Source: Acidobacteriota bacterium (lineage in GTDB: Bacteria; Acidobacteriota; Vicinamibacteria; Vicinamibacterales; JAHECP01). From it: 64,000 nucleotides of DNA. A model generated the notes under the pieces. That model searched no databases, was not told the origin of the DNA, and saw only the letters and a program-made list of their open reading frames with translations. The stretch lies in assembly GCA_024641665.1 (NCBI GenBank), contig JAHECP010000006.1, positions 4,541 to 68,540 on the forward strand. Direction: 5' to 3'. Shown here one piece after another: positions 19,961 to 28,202 of this stretch (positions within the stretch are counted from its first letter, which is position 1; each line of letters opens with the position of its first letter). The position numbers were made by a program, and so were the translations under genes.

Positions 19961-21283
19961 ATGGAGACTGACTACGAACAGGGCCTGTTCTCACCCGCCT
20001 TGATGCAGGAGATCAGGAACCAGTTCATCTACGTCGATTGGGACCCCTACTCCGGCCGGCGCATCTTCTTCGATGCGGCGTCAGGCTCGTGCCGGCCAAC
20101 GCGGGTCATCGAGGCGATGGGGATGGAAACCTGTCTCCCGGACCAGCAGGGGCGCGCCAACCCTGGCTCCCAACACGCCATGGACGTGACCGCGAAGGGG
20201 ATCGAGGATCTGATGATCTTCTTCGGTGCGAGATCCGGTCAGATCATCCCGGGCTGGAGCAGCAGCCACGTCATCTTCCGCATCACCGACGCCGTCGTCT
20301 CCACGATCCCCGGCACGAACGTCATTACCACGGGCCTGGACCACGCGTCGGTCCAGAGCGCGTTGGCGCTCTTCGCCGCGAAGTATCACAAGGAGCTGCG
20401 CGTCGCCGCGCCCGACCCGGACACGGCCTCGGTCAAGACCGACGCGATCTTGAACCACGTCGACGAGCACACGTGCTTCCTCGTCCTGACCCACACGTCG
20501 AACGTCACCGGTGAGGTCTACGACGTCAAGACCATCATTCGCGAGGCCCGTGCGATCAAGCCCGACCTGTTCGTGATGGTCGACGGCGTGCAGTACTCTC
20601 CATCCGACGTCATCGACGTCGAGGACGTCGGCGCCGACGCCTACGTCATCGCGCCCTACAAGAATTACGGTGTCAAGGGCTGCGGCTACGCGCACGCATC
20701 GGAGCGGCTCGCCGCGCTGCCGCACTGGAAGTACAGCCTCAAGCCGGCCGCCTGCTGGGATCTGGGCGGCGTCGAGCACCAGTCCTACGCGGCCTGGTCG
20801 GCGGTCGTCGATTACCTGTGCTGGCTCGGCGGGCGGTTCACGAGCGCTTCCGACCGGCGGTCGCTCGTCGTCGCGGCGATGAAGGCGATCAAGGCGCACC
20901 AGGTCGGGTTGCTGTCGCTGTTGCTCCACGGGACGGGCGATGTGGCCGGCCTCAGGGAGATGGATCACGTGACCGTCTACGGGGTCGGCGATCCTCTCTG
21001 GAAGCAGTCGCTGCTGGTCGGGTTCAACCTGGCCGGGATCGAATCCACCGAGGGATGTGCCCTCTACAAGTCGGCCCAGATCCGCGTGCACGCGCCAGGC
21101 CACGATCCGTACTTCGCGGCGATGCTGCGGCAGATCGGCATCGACAGTTGCATCAGGCTGTCGGGCAGCCACTACAACTCGCCCCAGGAAATCGAGGCCT
21201 TCTTGCGGGCAACCGCGAGTTTTGCCACCGAGCGGGACGCGCCACTGGACGGGCGTCGTGCAGACGTGACCATCGCGACCTGA
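19961..21283 (+). CDS. Aminotransferase class V-fold PLP-dependent enzyme (cysteine desulfurase/SufS-like fold, specificity unknown)
   Basis: ..RRIFFDAASGS.., ..LVLTHTSNVTGEVYDVKTI.., ..MVDGVQYSPSDVIDVEDVGADAYVIAPYKNYGVKGCGYAH.. (Lys in APYK aligns with the SGHK PLP lysine), ..IRLSGSHYNSPQEIEAF... Confidence 0.75.
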   Translation: METDYEQGLFSPALMQEIRNQFIYVDWDPYSGRRIFFDAASGSCRPTRVIEAMGMETCLPDQQGRANPGSQHAMDVTAKGIEDLMIFFGARSGQIIPGWSSSHVIFRITDAVVSTIPGTNVITTGLDHASVQSALALFAAKYHKELRVAAPDPDTASVKTDAILNHVDEHTCFLVLTHTSNVTGEVYDVKTIIREARAIKPDLFVMVDGVQYSPSDVIDVEDVGADAYVIAPYKNYGVKGCGYAHASERLAALPHWKYSLKPAACWDLGGVEHQSYAAWSAVVDYLCWLGGRFTSASDRRSLVVAAMKAIKAHQVGLLSLLLHGTGDVAGLREMDHVTVYGVGDPLWKQSLLVGFNLAGIESTEGCALYKSAQIRVHAPGHDPYFAAMLRQIGIDSCIRLSGSHYNSPQEIEAFLRATASFATERDAPLDGRRADVTIAT

Positions 21284-21493
21284 CGCGCCGCCGGCAGGGA
21301 GCGCGTCCTCGTGCGCACAGCCGCCCTAGAACCGGTTTCATGATCTCCGCAGCGCCAATGAGCGCCGCGGCGAATTGGAAGAACGCCAGGAACATCCGGG
21401 TGGAGCGCTCGTGGCGAACCAGCAGCCGGCGGAAGCCATAGCGTTATCTTGCGCGGTCGAACCGCAGCACCCGCGCTTCTAGGAGGCGAAGTC

Positions 21494-22471
21494 ATGTTCA
21501 GGATGCGATTTCTGATTGGAGCTATCGGACTTGTGCTGTTGTGCCCTGCGACCTCACCAGGACAATCGCTTGTGGCCGTCTCGGCCCGGGGCGAGGGGGC
21601 CGTCAAGCTCTACTCGCCGGTCCGCGACACTCTTCGCCTGGTCAAGTCCGTTCCTGCCGGGCGGCAGCCCGGCGAGATGTGTCTGGATCCCGAAGGGACG
21701 CACCTGTTCGTGGGAGAGGTTCCGGAAAAACAAGTAGGTGTGCTCGATCTGCAGAGCAAGACCATCGTCGCCACCATATCCGATCCCGGCATCGAGTCAC
21801 CGGACGGATGCGCCGTCAGCCCGGACGGAAGCAAGCTGTACGTCGTGGATAGGGAAGCCAACACCGTCTTCGTCTTCAATATCGCGTCCCGCCAGCTGAT
21901 CAAGAAGATTGCGGTGGGCCAAGAGCCAAGGCGTGCGCTGTTTTCACGCGACGGAAAGACAGTTATCGTCACCAGCGCCGAAGCCGCCACCCTCACTGTG
22001 ATCGACGCTTCGACCGATACGATCGTGCGCACCGTCAAGACCGGCCACGGACCTCAGGACCTCGCCTTTACGCCGGACGGCAAGTTACTGGTCGTCGGGC
22101 TCATCGACGATGACGCGGTCGGTTACTTCAATGCCAACACGTTGGAGCTCGAGCAGGAGGTTGGGACTGTCCAATCGCCGCAGCATGTCGTCCCCTCGCT
22201 GGATGGCCAGCTCTTGTTCGTCTCAGGCCATCTCCAAGGTGTCATCGGAGTGATGAACCTGCGCCCGAACAGCCGATTGGCGCGTCGTCTTGTCCAAACG
22301 ATTCCGGTCGGCACCAGGACCCAGTGGGGCCTGACCATGAGCGCGGACGGCAAGTACTTGTACTCAACACAGCCGGCCGATGACGCCCTTTCAGTCATCG
22401 ATCTGCAGTTGATGAAAGCTGTCTTCACCTTGCACGTTGCGGGGGCCGGTGCAGTGATCTTCTGCAAGTGA
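21494..22471 (+). CDS. Secreted YVTN-type beta-propeller protein, paralog P1
   Basis: AGGAGG RBS + ATG 21494. Signal-like MFRMRFLIGAIGLVLLCPATSPGQS. Repeated ..PDG..LYV..N.V.V(I)D.. blades. Colinear with the 31251 and 47775 genes. GC is lower (about 52-62%) than the surroundings. Confidence 0.8.
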   Translation: MFRMRFLIGAIGLVLLCPATSPGQSLVAVSARGEGAVKLYSPVRDTLRLVKSVPAGRQPGEMCLDPEGTHLFVGEVPEKQVGVLDLQSKTIVATISDPGIESPDGCAVSPDGSKLYVVDREANTVFVFNIASRQLIKKIAVGQEPRRALFSRDGKTVIVTSAEAATLTVIDASTDTIVRTVKTGHGPQDLAFTPDGKLLVVGLIDDDAVGYFNANTLELEQEVGTVQSPQHVVPSLDGQLLFVSGHLQGVIGVMNLRPNSRLARRLVQTIPVGTRTQWGLTMSADGKYLYSTQPADDALSVIDLQLMKAVFTLHVAGAGAVIFCK

Positions 22472-22489
22472 AGAGATCTCCATTTGGCA

Positions 22490-22531
22490 CGGAAGAAGCG
22501 GTTCGATCTTGGCCCATTGCGCGTCGGTCAG
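22490..22531 (-). mobile_element. Stub of an IS5-family (IS427/IS1031-like) transposase N-terminus
   Basis: Minus-strand translation gives RLTDAQWAKIEPLLP. This matches the conserved ..LTDxxWxxIEPLLP.. opening of IS5-family DDE transposases (from memory). Homology stops after about 15 codons, where it abuts the end of the P1 gene. Confidence 0.4.
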
Positions 22532-22635
22532 ACGGGTGCTGCGCCTGGCCTGGCAGTGCAACGACGCTGGGTGATCGAGACGGCGACGCTCGAGGTGATC
22601 GACAACTTGCGGTGACGGAAGCGTGGAGGTAACAG

Positions 22636-25455
22636 GTGAGGGCCCGAATCTTCGTCTTGCTGCTTTGCTTGATCTCGTTGCCGACACGCGATGTTGGAAC
22701 GGCGCGCCAGGGCGGTTCCGCATCGGTCGTCGCGCTGACGAACGCGACAGTCGTCGTCGGCAACGGCCAGGTGCTCCCGCGGGCGACCGTGGTCGTGCAC
22801 GACGGGATCATTCGCGCGGTCGGTGCCAAGGTGGCGATCCCGGCTGGCGCGAGGGTGGTGAACCTGGGTGGCGCCTACCTGTACCCGGGGCTGATCGACG
22901 CGCTGACGGTTCAGGTTTTCAAGGATGCGCCGGCCGGGCACGCTGCGCAGGCTGGTTCGACGTCGCGCGGACAGCCCGCTGCTTCCGACCAGGCAGGTCC
23001 TGACGGCGGCGGCTTCTTCGCGCACGTCGAGGCAGCCGACCAGCTCGATCCCGACCCGGCCGCCTGGGCGGCGTGGCGTGACGCGGGCATCCTGACGCTG
23101 CACGTGTCGCCGGACCGTGGCATCTTCGAGGGACAGACGGCGGTGGTGACGCTCGAGGGCGAGGCCGCGACGCCGAGGGTCATCCGCCGGGCCGTTGGGA
23201 TGCGGATTGCGCTGCGCACCCTCAGTGCGCCTCGACGGGCGGGCTTTCCGGTTCCGGGCGGGCTGTATCCCGGCTCGCTCCTCAGCGTCTGGTCCCATAT
23301 CGAGCAGACCGTGCTCGACGCGCAGCACGCCCTGAAGGCCGCCGCCTTCCCCGCGACCGACCTCGCCTCGATCGGGTACGCGGAGCCCGTGCGCGCACTC
23401 GAGGCCCTGCGCCCCGTCGCGGAAGGGACGATGCCGCTCATCGTTCCGGCGCGCGCCGAGCGCGAGGTGCAGCGGGTCCTCGACCTCGCGGACCGGTTTC
23501 ACGTCCGGTGCATGATCGCCGGCGGCTACGAGGCCGCGCAGCACGCCGAGGCGTTGAAGGCCGCGAAGCTGCCGGTCATCGTCAGCCTGAATTTCCCGCC
23601 CAGGCCAGCGAGCCGGCTGGGCAAGCAGGCGCAATTCGTCACGACCGCCGCAGCGGCCGCGCCCGAGGAAACCTACCTGGAGATGCGGGCCCGGGTCCAT
23701 GCGCCGGAAGCGGCCGGGGAGCTGGCGCGCGCGGGCGTGCCGTTCGCGTTTGCATCGGACGGGTTGAAGACGGGTGACGCGTTCCTGGCGAACCTCCGGC
23801 GGGCGGTGGCGAACGGCCTGTCGAAGGAGGCCGCCATCCGCGCGGCAACACTGTCGGCGGCGGAGATCCTCGGCGTGGCGCAGCAGGTGGGCAGCATCGA
23901 GCCCGGCAAGATCGCGAACCTGATCGTCGCCGACGGCGATCTGCTCGATGAGGGCACCCGCCTGACGGCGGTCTACGTCGGCGGCCACGAACGGACGGCC
24001 GCGACGACGGAGTCCGGAGCGGCATCGGTCCCGACGCCGGTTCCCGGGCGGCGTGCGGCCGCACGCGCGCCGGCCGCCCCCCCGTTCGTCTCGCGCGTGA
24101 TGGCCGCCGGCACCGACCCGTACTTCCCGCCGCCGGTCGCGTCCGAGGAGCTTCTCATCAGGAACGCCACGGTCATGACGGCGACGCACGGCACGCTCGA
24201 GCACACGTCGATTCTGGTCCGTCATGGCAAGATCGCCGCGATTGGCGCCAACCTCGAGGCCGGACCGCAGGCGCGGATCGTCGATGCGACCGGCAAGTGG
24301 GTGACGCCCGGCTTCATCGACACCCACAACCACATCGGGAGCGACGCGCACAACGACGCCACGATTGCCGTGACGTCGATGACGAAGCTCGAAGACGTCA
24401 TCGATCCGACCGAGATCGGGGTGTACCGGGCGCTGAGCGGCGGTGTGACGATGGTGCACACCATGCACGGCAGCGTCAACCCCATTGGCGGGCAGGGCGT
24501 TCTGATCAAGACGGCGTGGGGGAAACCCGCCAAGGACCTGGTCGTGCCCGGAGCGACACCGACCCTCAAGATGGCGCTCGGGACCAACCCGAAGGGCCGC
24601 GGCACCCAGCCGGCGGAGGGCGTGGCGCGGCGGTACCCCGCGAGCCGCATGGGCGTCATGGACGTCATCCGAAGCGCGCTCGTGGCGGCGAGGGACTACA
24701 AGCTGCAGTGGGATCTCTACGAGAAGGCCCGCGACGGGCACCTCGGCCTGCTGCCCCCGCGGCGCGATCTCACGCTCGAACCCCTCGTGGAGGTGTTGAC
24801 GGGCACGCGCATGATCACGGTCCACGCGTACCAGGCGGACGAGATGCTGACCCTGATGCGGCTGGCCGACGAGTTCGGCTTCAAGGTCGGCCGCTTCGAG
24901 CATGCCGCCGAGGGGTACAAGATCGCGCCCGAGCTGGCGCGACACGGTGCGGGCGTTGCCGCCTTCGATCTGCTGGGCACCAAGGTCGAATCGTGGGATG
25001 CCATTCCCCAGGGGATCGCCGTCCTCGTCAAGGCGGGCGTGTCGGTGTCGATCGGCACCGATGGCTGGGAAGTCGCGCACATGGTGCACGAGGCGGCCCA
25101 GACGCTCGAGTACGGGTTGACGCCCGATCAGGCCCTGGCGCTCATCACGATCAACGCCGCGAAGCAGCACGGCGTCGATCGGACAGTCGGTTCCATCGAC
25201 GAAGGCAAGGACGCCAACCTGGTGATCTTCGACAAGTACCCGTTCAGCGTGTACGCCACGCCGGAGCAGGTGTACATCGACGGGCAGTTGTATTTCAGCC
25301 GCGCACGCGACCGGGAACGGGCGAAGGCGATCGCGGCCGAGAAGGAGCGGTTGTCCGCGCTCGACGAGGTGCCGGCTGCGCCCGGCGTGACGACCGGGTC
25401 GCCGGCCGTCCGCCCGCAATCGCCCGCAGGAAGGCAGGTACCCAGTGGCCGCTAG
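22636..25455 (+). CDS. Two-domain amidohydrolase: N-terminal domain lacking the HxH metal motif + C-terminal catalytic-type domain
   Basis: GTG start with a GGAGG RBS and a signal-like N-terminus. Domain 1: ..YLYPGLIDALTVQVF.. (no HxH) ..GSIEPGKIANLIVADGD... Domain 2: ..WVTPGFIDTHNHIGSD.. (HxH present) ..SIGTDGW..GSIDEGKDANLVIFD... Confidence 0.8.
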   Translation: MRARIFVLLLCLISLPTRDVGTARQGGSASVVALTNATVVVGNGQVLPRATVVVHDGIIRAVGAKVAIPAGARVVNLGGAYLYPGLIDALTVQVFKDAPAGHAAQAGSTSRGQPAASDQAGPDGGGFFAHVEAADQLDPDPAAWAAWRDAGILTLHVSPDRGIFEGQTAVVTLEGEAATPRVIRRAVGMRIALRTLSAPRRAGFPVPGGLYPGSLLSVWSHIEQTVLDAQHALKAAAFPATDLASIGYAEPVRALEALRPVAEGTMPLIVPARAEREVQRVLDLADRFHVRCMIAGGYEAAQHAEALKAAKLPVIVSLNFPPRPASRLGKQAQFVTTAAAAAPEETYLEMRARVHAPEAAGELARAGVPFAFASDGLKTGDAFLANLRRAVANGLSKEAAIRAATLSAAEILGVAQQVGSIEPGKIANLIVADGDLLDEGTRLTAVYVGGHERTAATTESGAASVPTPVPGRRAAARAPAAPPFVSRVMAAGTDPYFPPPVASEELLIRNATVMTATHGTLEHTSILVRHGKIAAIGANLEAGPQARIVDATGKWVTPGFIDTHNHIGSDAHNDATIAVTSMTKLEDVIDPTEIGVYRALSGGVTMVHTMHGSVNPIGGQGVLIKTAWGKPAKDLVVPGATPTLKMALGTNPKGRGTQPAEGVARRYPASRMGVMDVIRSALVAARDYKLQWDLYEKARDGHLGLLPPRRDLTLEPLVEVLTGTRMITVHAYQADEMLTLMRLADEFGFKVGRFEHAAEGYKIAPELARHGAGVAAFDLLGTKVESWDAIPQGIAVLVKAGVSVSIGTDGWEVAHMVHEAAQTLEYGLTPDQALALITINAAKQHGVDRTVGSIDEGKDANLVIFDKYPFSVYATPEQVYIDGQLYFSRARDRERAKAIAAEKERLSALDEVPAAPGVTTGSPAVRPQSPAGRQVPSGR

Positions 25456-26764
25456 ATCACGACGTCAATCGGGGCGCCGCGCGCCCATCGTCTGCGCCGC
25501 GGTTGGCGCGGCGCTCCTCGTCTTCACCGATGTCGCCTCCGCCCAGCAGGCCTACGCGATCAAAGACGCGCGCATCGTCACCGTGTCGGGACCGGTGATC
25601 GAGAAGGGGACGGTCGTGATCCGCGACGGCCGCATCGCCGATGTCGGCGCGGCCGTCACCGTGCCAGCCGAGGCGACGGTCATCGACGGCCGGGGGCTGA
25701 CGGTGTACCCCGGGCTGTTCGACGCCTTCACCAGCGTCGGCCTCACCGAGATCCCCGGCCTCTGGGAATCGGACGACTTCAGCGACATCGGTGACTTCAC
25801 GCCGCAGCTCATGACGTTCGACGCGTTCCACAGCGCCAGCGCGTTTGTCGCGATCGCACGATCGGTCGGCATTCTGCACGTGGTGAGCAGTCCCAGTAGC
25901 GGCATCGTGGCCGGCCAGGGCGCCGTGATGGCGCTCGGCGGGTGGACGGCCGACGAGATGGTGGTGGCCAAGCATGGCCCGATGTTCGTCGACTTTCCGA
26001 AGCTGCTCAACTACGACGCGCCGGCCTACACGCGCCGCCGCCACCCGTATGCCGAGGTGAAGGACTACGCGACGAAGATGCGCGAGCTGACAGAGTTCTT
26101 CGCCGCTGCGCGCAAGTACATGGACGCCAGGGACCAGGCCGGGGCCGAGGCTCCCGCCCCGACGGCCGAGGAGGCGCCGTACGAGGCGATGATCCCGGTG
26201 CTCAAAGGGCGGCAACCGGTGTTCATCGAGGTGCAGAGCGAACAGGACATCAGAAAGGCGGTCGGGTTCGCGCGCGAACAGAAGCTGAACTACGTGCTGG
26301 TCGGGGCCGAAGACGCGCCGCTCCTCGCCGACTTCCTGAAGGAGCAGGACGCCCGCGTGATTGTCGGTCCTCCCGGCGACATGCCGATTCGCCCCGACGA
26401 CCCGGTCGACACGGTGTGCCGCGCCGCGGCCGTGCTGCACGAGCACGGGGTCGGGATTGCCTTCGGAACGGTAAGTGGAACGGCCAACGACCTCAGCCTG
26501 CGCCACCAGGTCGGCATGGCGGTGGCGTGCGGCCTCCCGCGCGACGTGGCGCTGCGCAGCGTCACGCTGACGCCCGCCGAATTCGTCGGCGTCGCCGGTG
26601 AGGTGGGCAGCATCGAGACGGGCAAGCGGGCGGACCTCGTGCTGACCGACGGCGACATCTTCGAGTACGGAACCCACATCATCCAGACCTTCGTCAACGG
26701 GAAACAGGCGGGCGTGGAATCGCGCTACACGGACCTGTACGAGAAGTACAAGGACAGGAAATAG
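25445..26764 (+). CDS. Amidohydrolase-fold protein lacking the HxH motif (probable non-catalytic partner)
   Basis: ..LTVYPGLFDAFTSVGLTEI.. replaces the PGxxDxHxH motif. C-terminal ..GSIETGKRADLVLTDGD... GTG start overlaps the upstream stop by 11 nt. Signal-like N-terminus. Confidence 0.78.
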   Translation: MAARSRRQSGRRAPIVCAAVGAALLVFTDVASAQQAYAIKDARIVTVSGPVIEKGTVVIRDGRIADVGAAVTVPAEATVIDGRGLTVYPGLFDAFTSVGLTEIPGLWESDDFSDIGDFTPQLMTFDAFHSASAFVAIARSVGILHVVSSPSSGIVAGQGAVMALGGWTADEMVVAKHGPMFVDFPKLLNYDAPAYTRRRHPYAEVKDYATKMRELTEFFAAARKYMDARDQAGAEAPAPTAEEAPYEAMIPVLKGRQPVFIEVQSEQDIRKAVGFAREQKLNYVLVGAEDAPLLADFLKEQDARVIVGPPGDMPIRPDDPVDTVCRAAAVLHEHGVGIAFGTVSGTANDLSLRHQVGMAVACGLPRDVALRSVTLTPAEFVGVAGEVGSIETGKRADLVLTDGDIFEYGTHIIQTFVNGKQAGVESRYTDLYEKYKDRK

Positions 26765-26798
26765 AGAACGAGGGACATCGGGTCCTGGAGATGGGCAC

Positions 26799-28202
26799 AT
26801 GAAACGCCGGCCCTGTCCGCTGCGGGTCGTCGCCCTGCTCGTGGGCGCCGGTCTTGCCACCCAGACGTTCGCCCAGGCGCCGCCGTTCGAGCCGGCCCAG
26901 AGCCCGCGCCTCGCCGTGCTGCAAAGGGACGTGCAGAGCGGCGCCGCCGATGCGGTTGCGACCTTCTGGAAGGAGATGGAGGCCCGGGGCACGCCCCTCG
27001 TCGAGCCGGTGCCGGACGACGATCAGCACGTGATCGCCACCTTCCTGTGGCGCGGGAAGCCGGAGACGACGAGCGTGCTCGCCGTCATCCCGTTCCGGTC
27101 CTCGCGCAGCCTCGTCGAGAACCTGATGGCGCAGGTGCCCGGCACCGATGTCTGGTACCGCACGCTCGAGATCCGCAGCGACCTGCGCTTCACGTACTCG
27201 TTCCTGCCCGACCCGCTCGCGGCGATGACCGCCCGCGTGTCGCTTCCCGATCTGATGCGCCTGCAGCAGTTCGATCCCCTCAACCGGAAGACGTTTCGCT
27301 CGCCGCCCGATCCCGAGGATCCCGACATGAACCGGATCGAGGGGTCCATCGCGGAGATGCCGAAGGCCTCAGCACAGCCCTGGATTGCGAGACAGGAAGG
27401 CATTCCGGACGGCCGGGTCGAGATGCACCGGTTCAAGAGCGCCGTTCTCGGCAACGAGCGGCGCATCTGGATCTACACGCCACCCGGATACTCGCCGACG
27501 GCGAACCAGCTCTATCGCATGGTGATCTGCTTCGACGGGCGCGCGTACCTGGACAGCGCGGGAATCCCGACGCCCACGATCCTCGACAACCTCCTCGCCG
27601 CGCGCAAGATCCCGCCAATCGTGGCGGTGCTCGTCGAGAACCCGTGGACGTCGCGGCAGAAGGAGCTGAGCAACCACCAGGCCTTCGTGGACTTCCTGGC
27701 CACGGAGCTCCTGCCGTGGGTGCGCCAGGCGTATCACGTCACGACCGATCCCACGAAGACGATCGTGTGCGGTCTGAGCGCTGGGGGGCTGACGGCGGGC
27801 TACGTGGCGTTCAAGCGGCCCGACCTGTTCGGCAACGTGCTCGCCCAGTCGGGCGCGTTCTGGCGGGGCAACGAAGGCGACGAAGTGAACCACGAATGGC
27901 TGACGCAGCAGTTCCAGGCGAGCCCGGTGCTGCCCATTCACTTCTGCATCCAGGCGGGGTTCCTCGAGCAGGGCGTTCCCTCGCCGAACAACGGACCGTC
28001 GCTGCCGCTCGCGGCGCGGCACCTGCGGGACGTCTTGGTGGCCAAGGGTTATCCGGTCGTCGAGTATCGCGACGTGCCCGGCGGGCACGAGCCCCTCACC
28101 TGGCGCGGCACGCTCTCCGACGGGCTGCTGTTCCTGCTCCAGCACGAATCGACGCGAGGCACGACGCCCGGGGCCGTCTCTCCGGCTACCGCGACGCGGT
28201 AG
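26799..28202 (+). CDS. Enterochelin-esterase(Fes)-like putative esterase with N-terminal Ig-like domain
   Basis: Signal peptide MKRRPCPLRVVALLVGAGLATQTFAQA. ..RRIWIYTPPGY..ICFDG..Y.. and GLSAGG nucleophile elbow. Same overall layout as Fes/PF00756-type esterases (recollection). Confidence 0.72.
   Translation: MKRRPCPLRVVALLVGAGLATQTFAQAPPFEPAQSPRLAVLQRDVQSGAADAVATFWKEMEARGTPLVEPVPDDDQHVIATFLWRGKPETTSVLAVIPFRSSRSLVENLMAQVPGTDVWYRTLEIRSDLRFTYSFLPDPLAAMTARVSLPDLMRLQQFDPLNRKTFRSPPDPEDPDMNRIEGSIAEMPKASAQPWIARQEGIPDGRVEMHRFKSAVLGNERRIWIYTPPGYSPTANQLYRMVICFDGRAYLDSAGIPTPTILDNLLAARKIPPIVAVLVENPWTSRQKELSNHQAFVDFLATELLPWVRQAYHVTTDPTKTIVCGLSAGGLTAGYVAFKRPDLFGNVLAQSGAFWRGNEGDEVNHEWLTQQFQASPVLPIHFCIQAGFLEQGVPSPNNGPSLPLAARHLRDVLVAKGYPVVEYRDVPGGHEPLTWRGTLSDGLLFLLQHESTRGTTPGAVSPATATR

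Noticed and set aside
19732-19971. 79-aa ORF starting inside AT-box copy 2 (MYIIFHRRRARRFEE..).
   Set aside because: It is an Arg/Pro/Gly-rich low-complexity product. It starts within the putative -10 element and has no RBS.
22485-22499. Sigma54-like TGGCAC at 22485-22490, upstream of the amidohydrolase operon.
   Set aside because: The -12 element is AAGC rather than TTGC at the required spacing. The TGGCAC also lies inside the transposase-stub coding remnant, so it is probably coincidental.
28186-28202. 17-nt overlap of the convergent esterase and M14 gene 3' ends.
   Set aside because: Short convergent overlaps are common in compact genomes. No hairpin or other signal was seen there.
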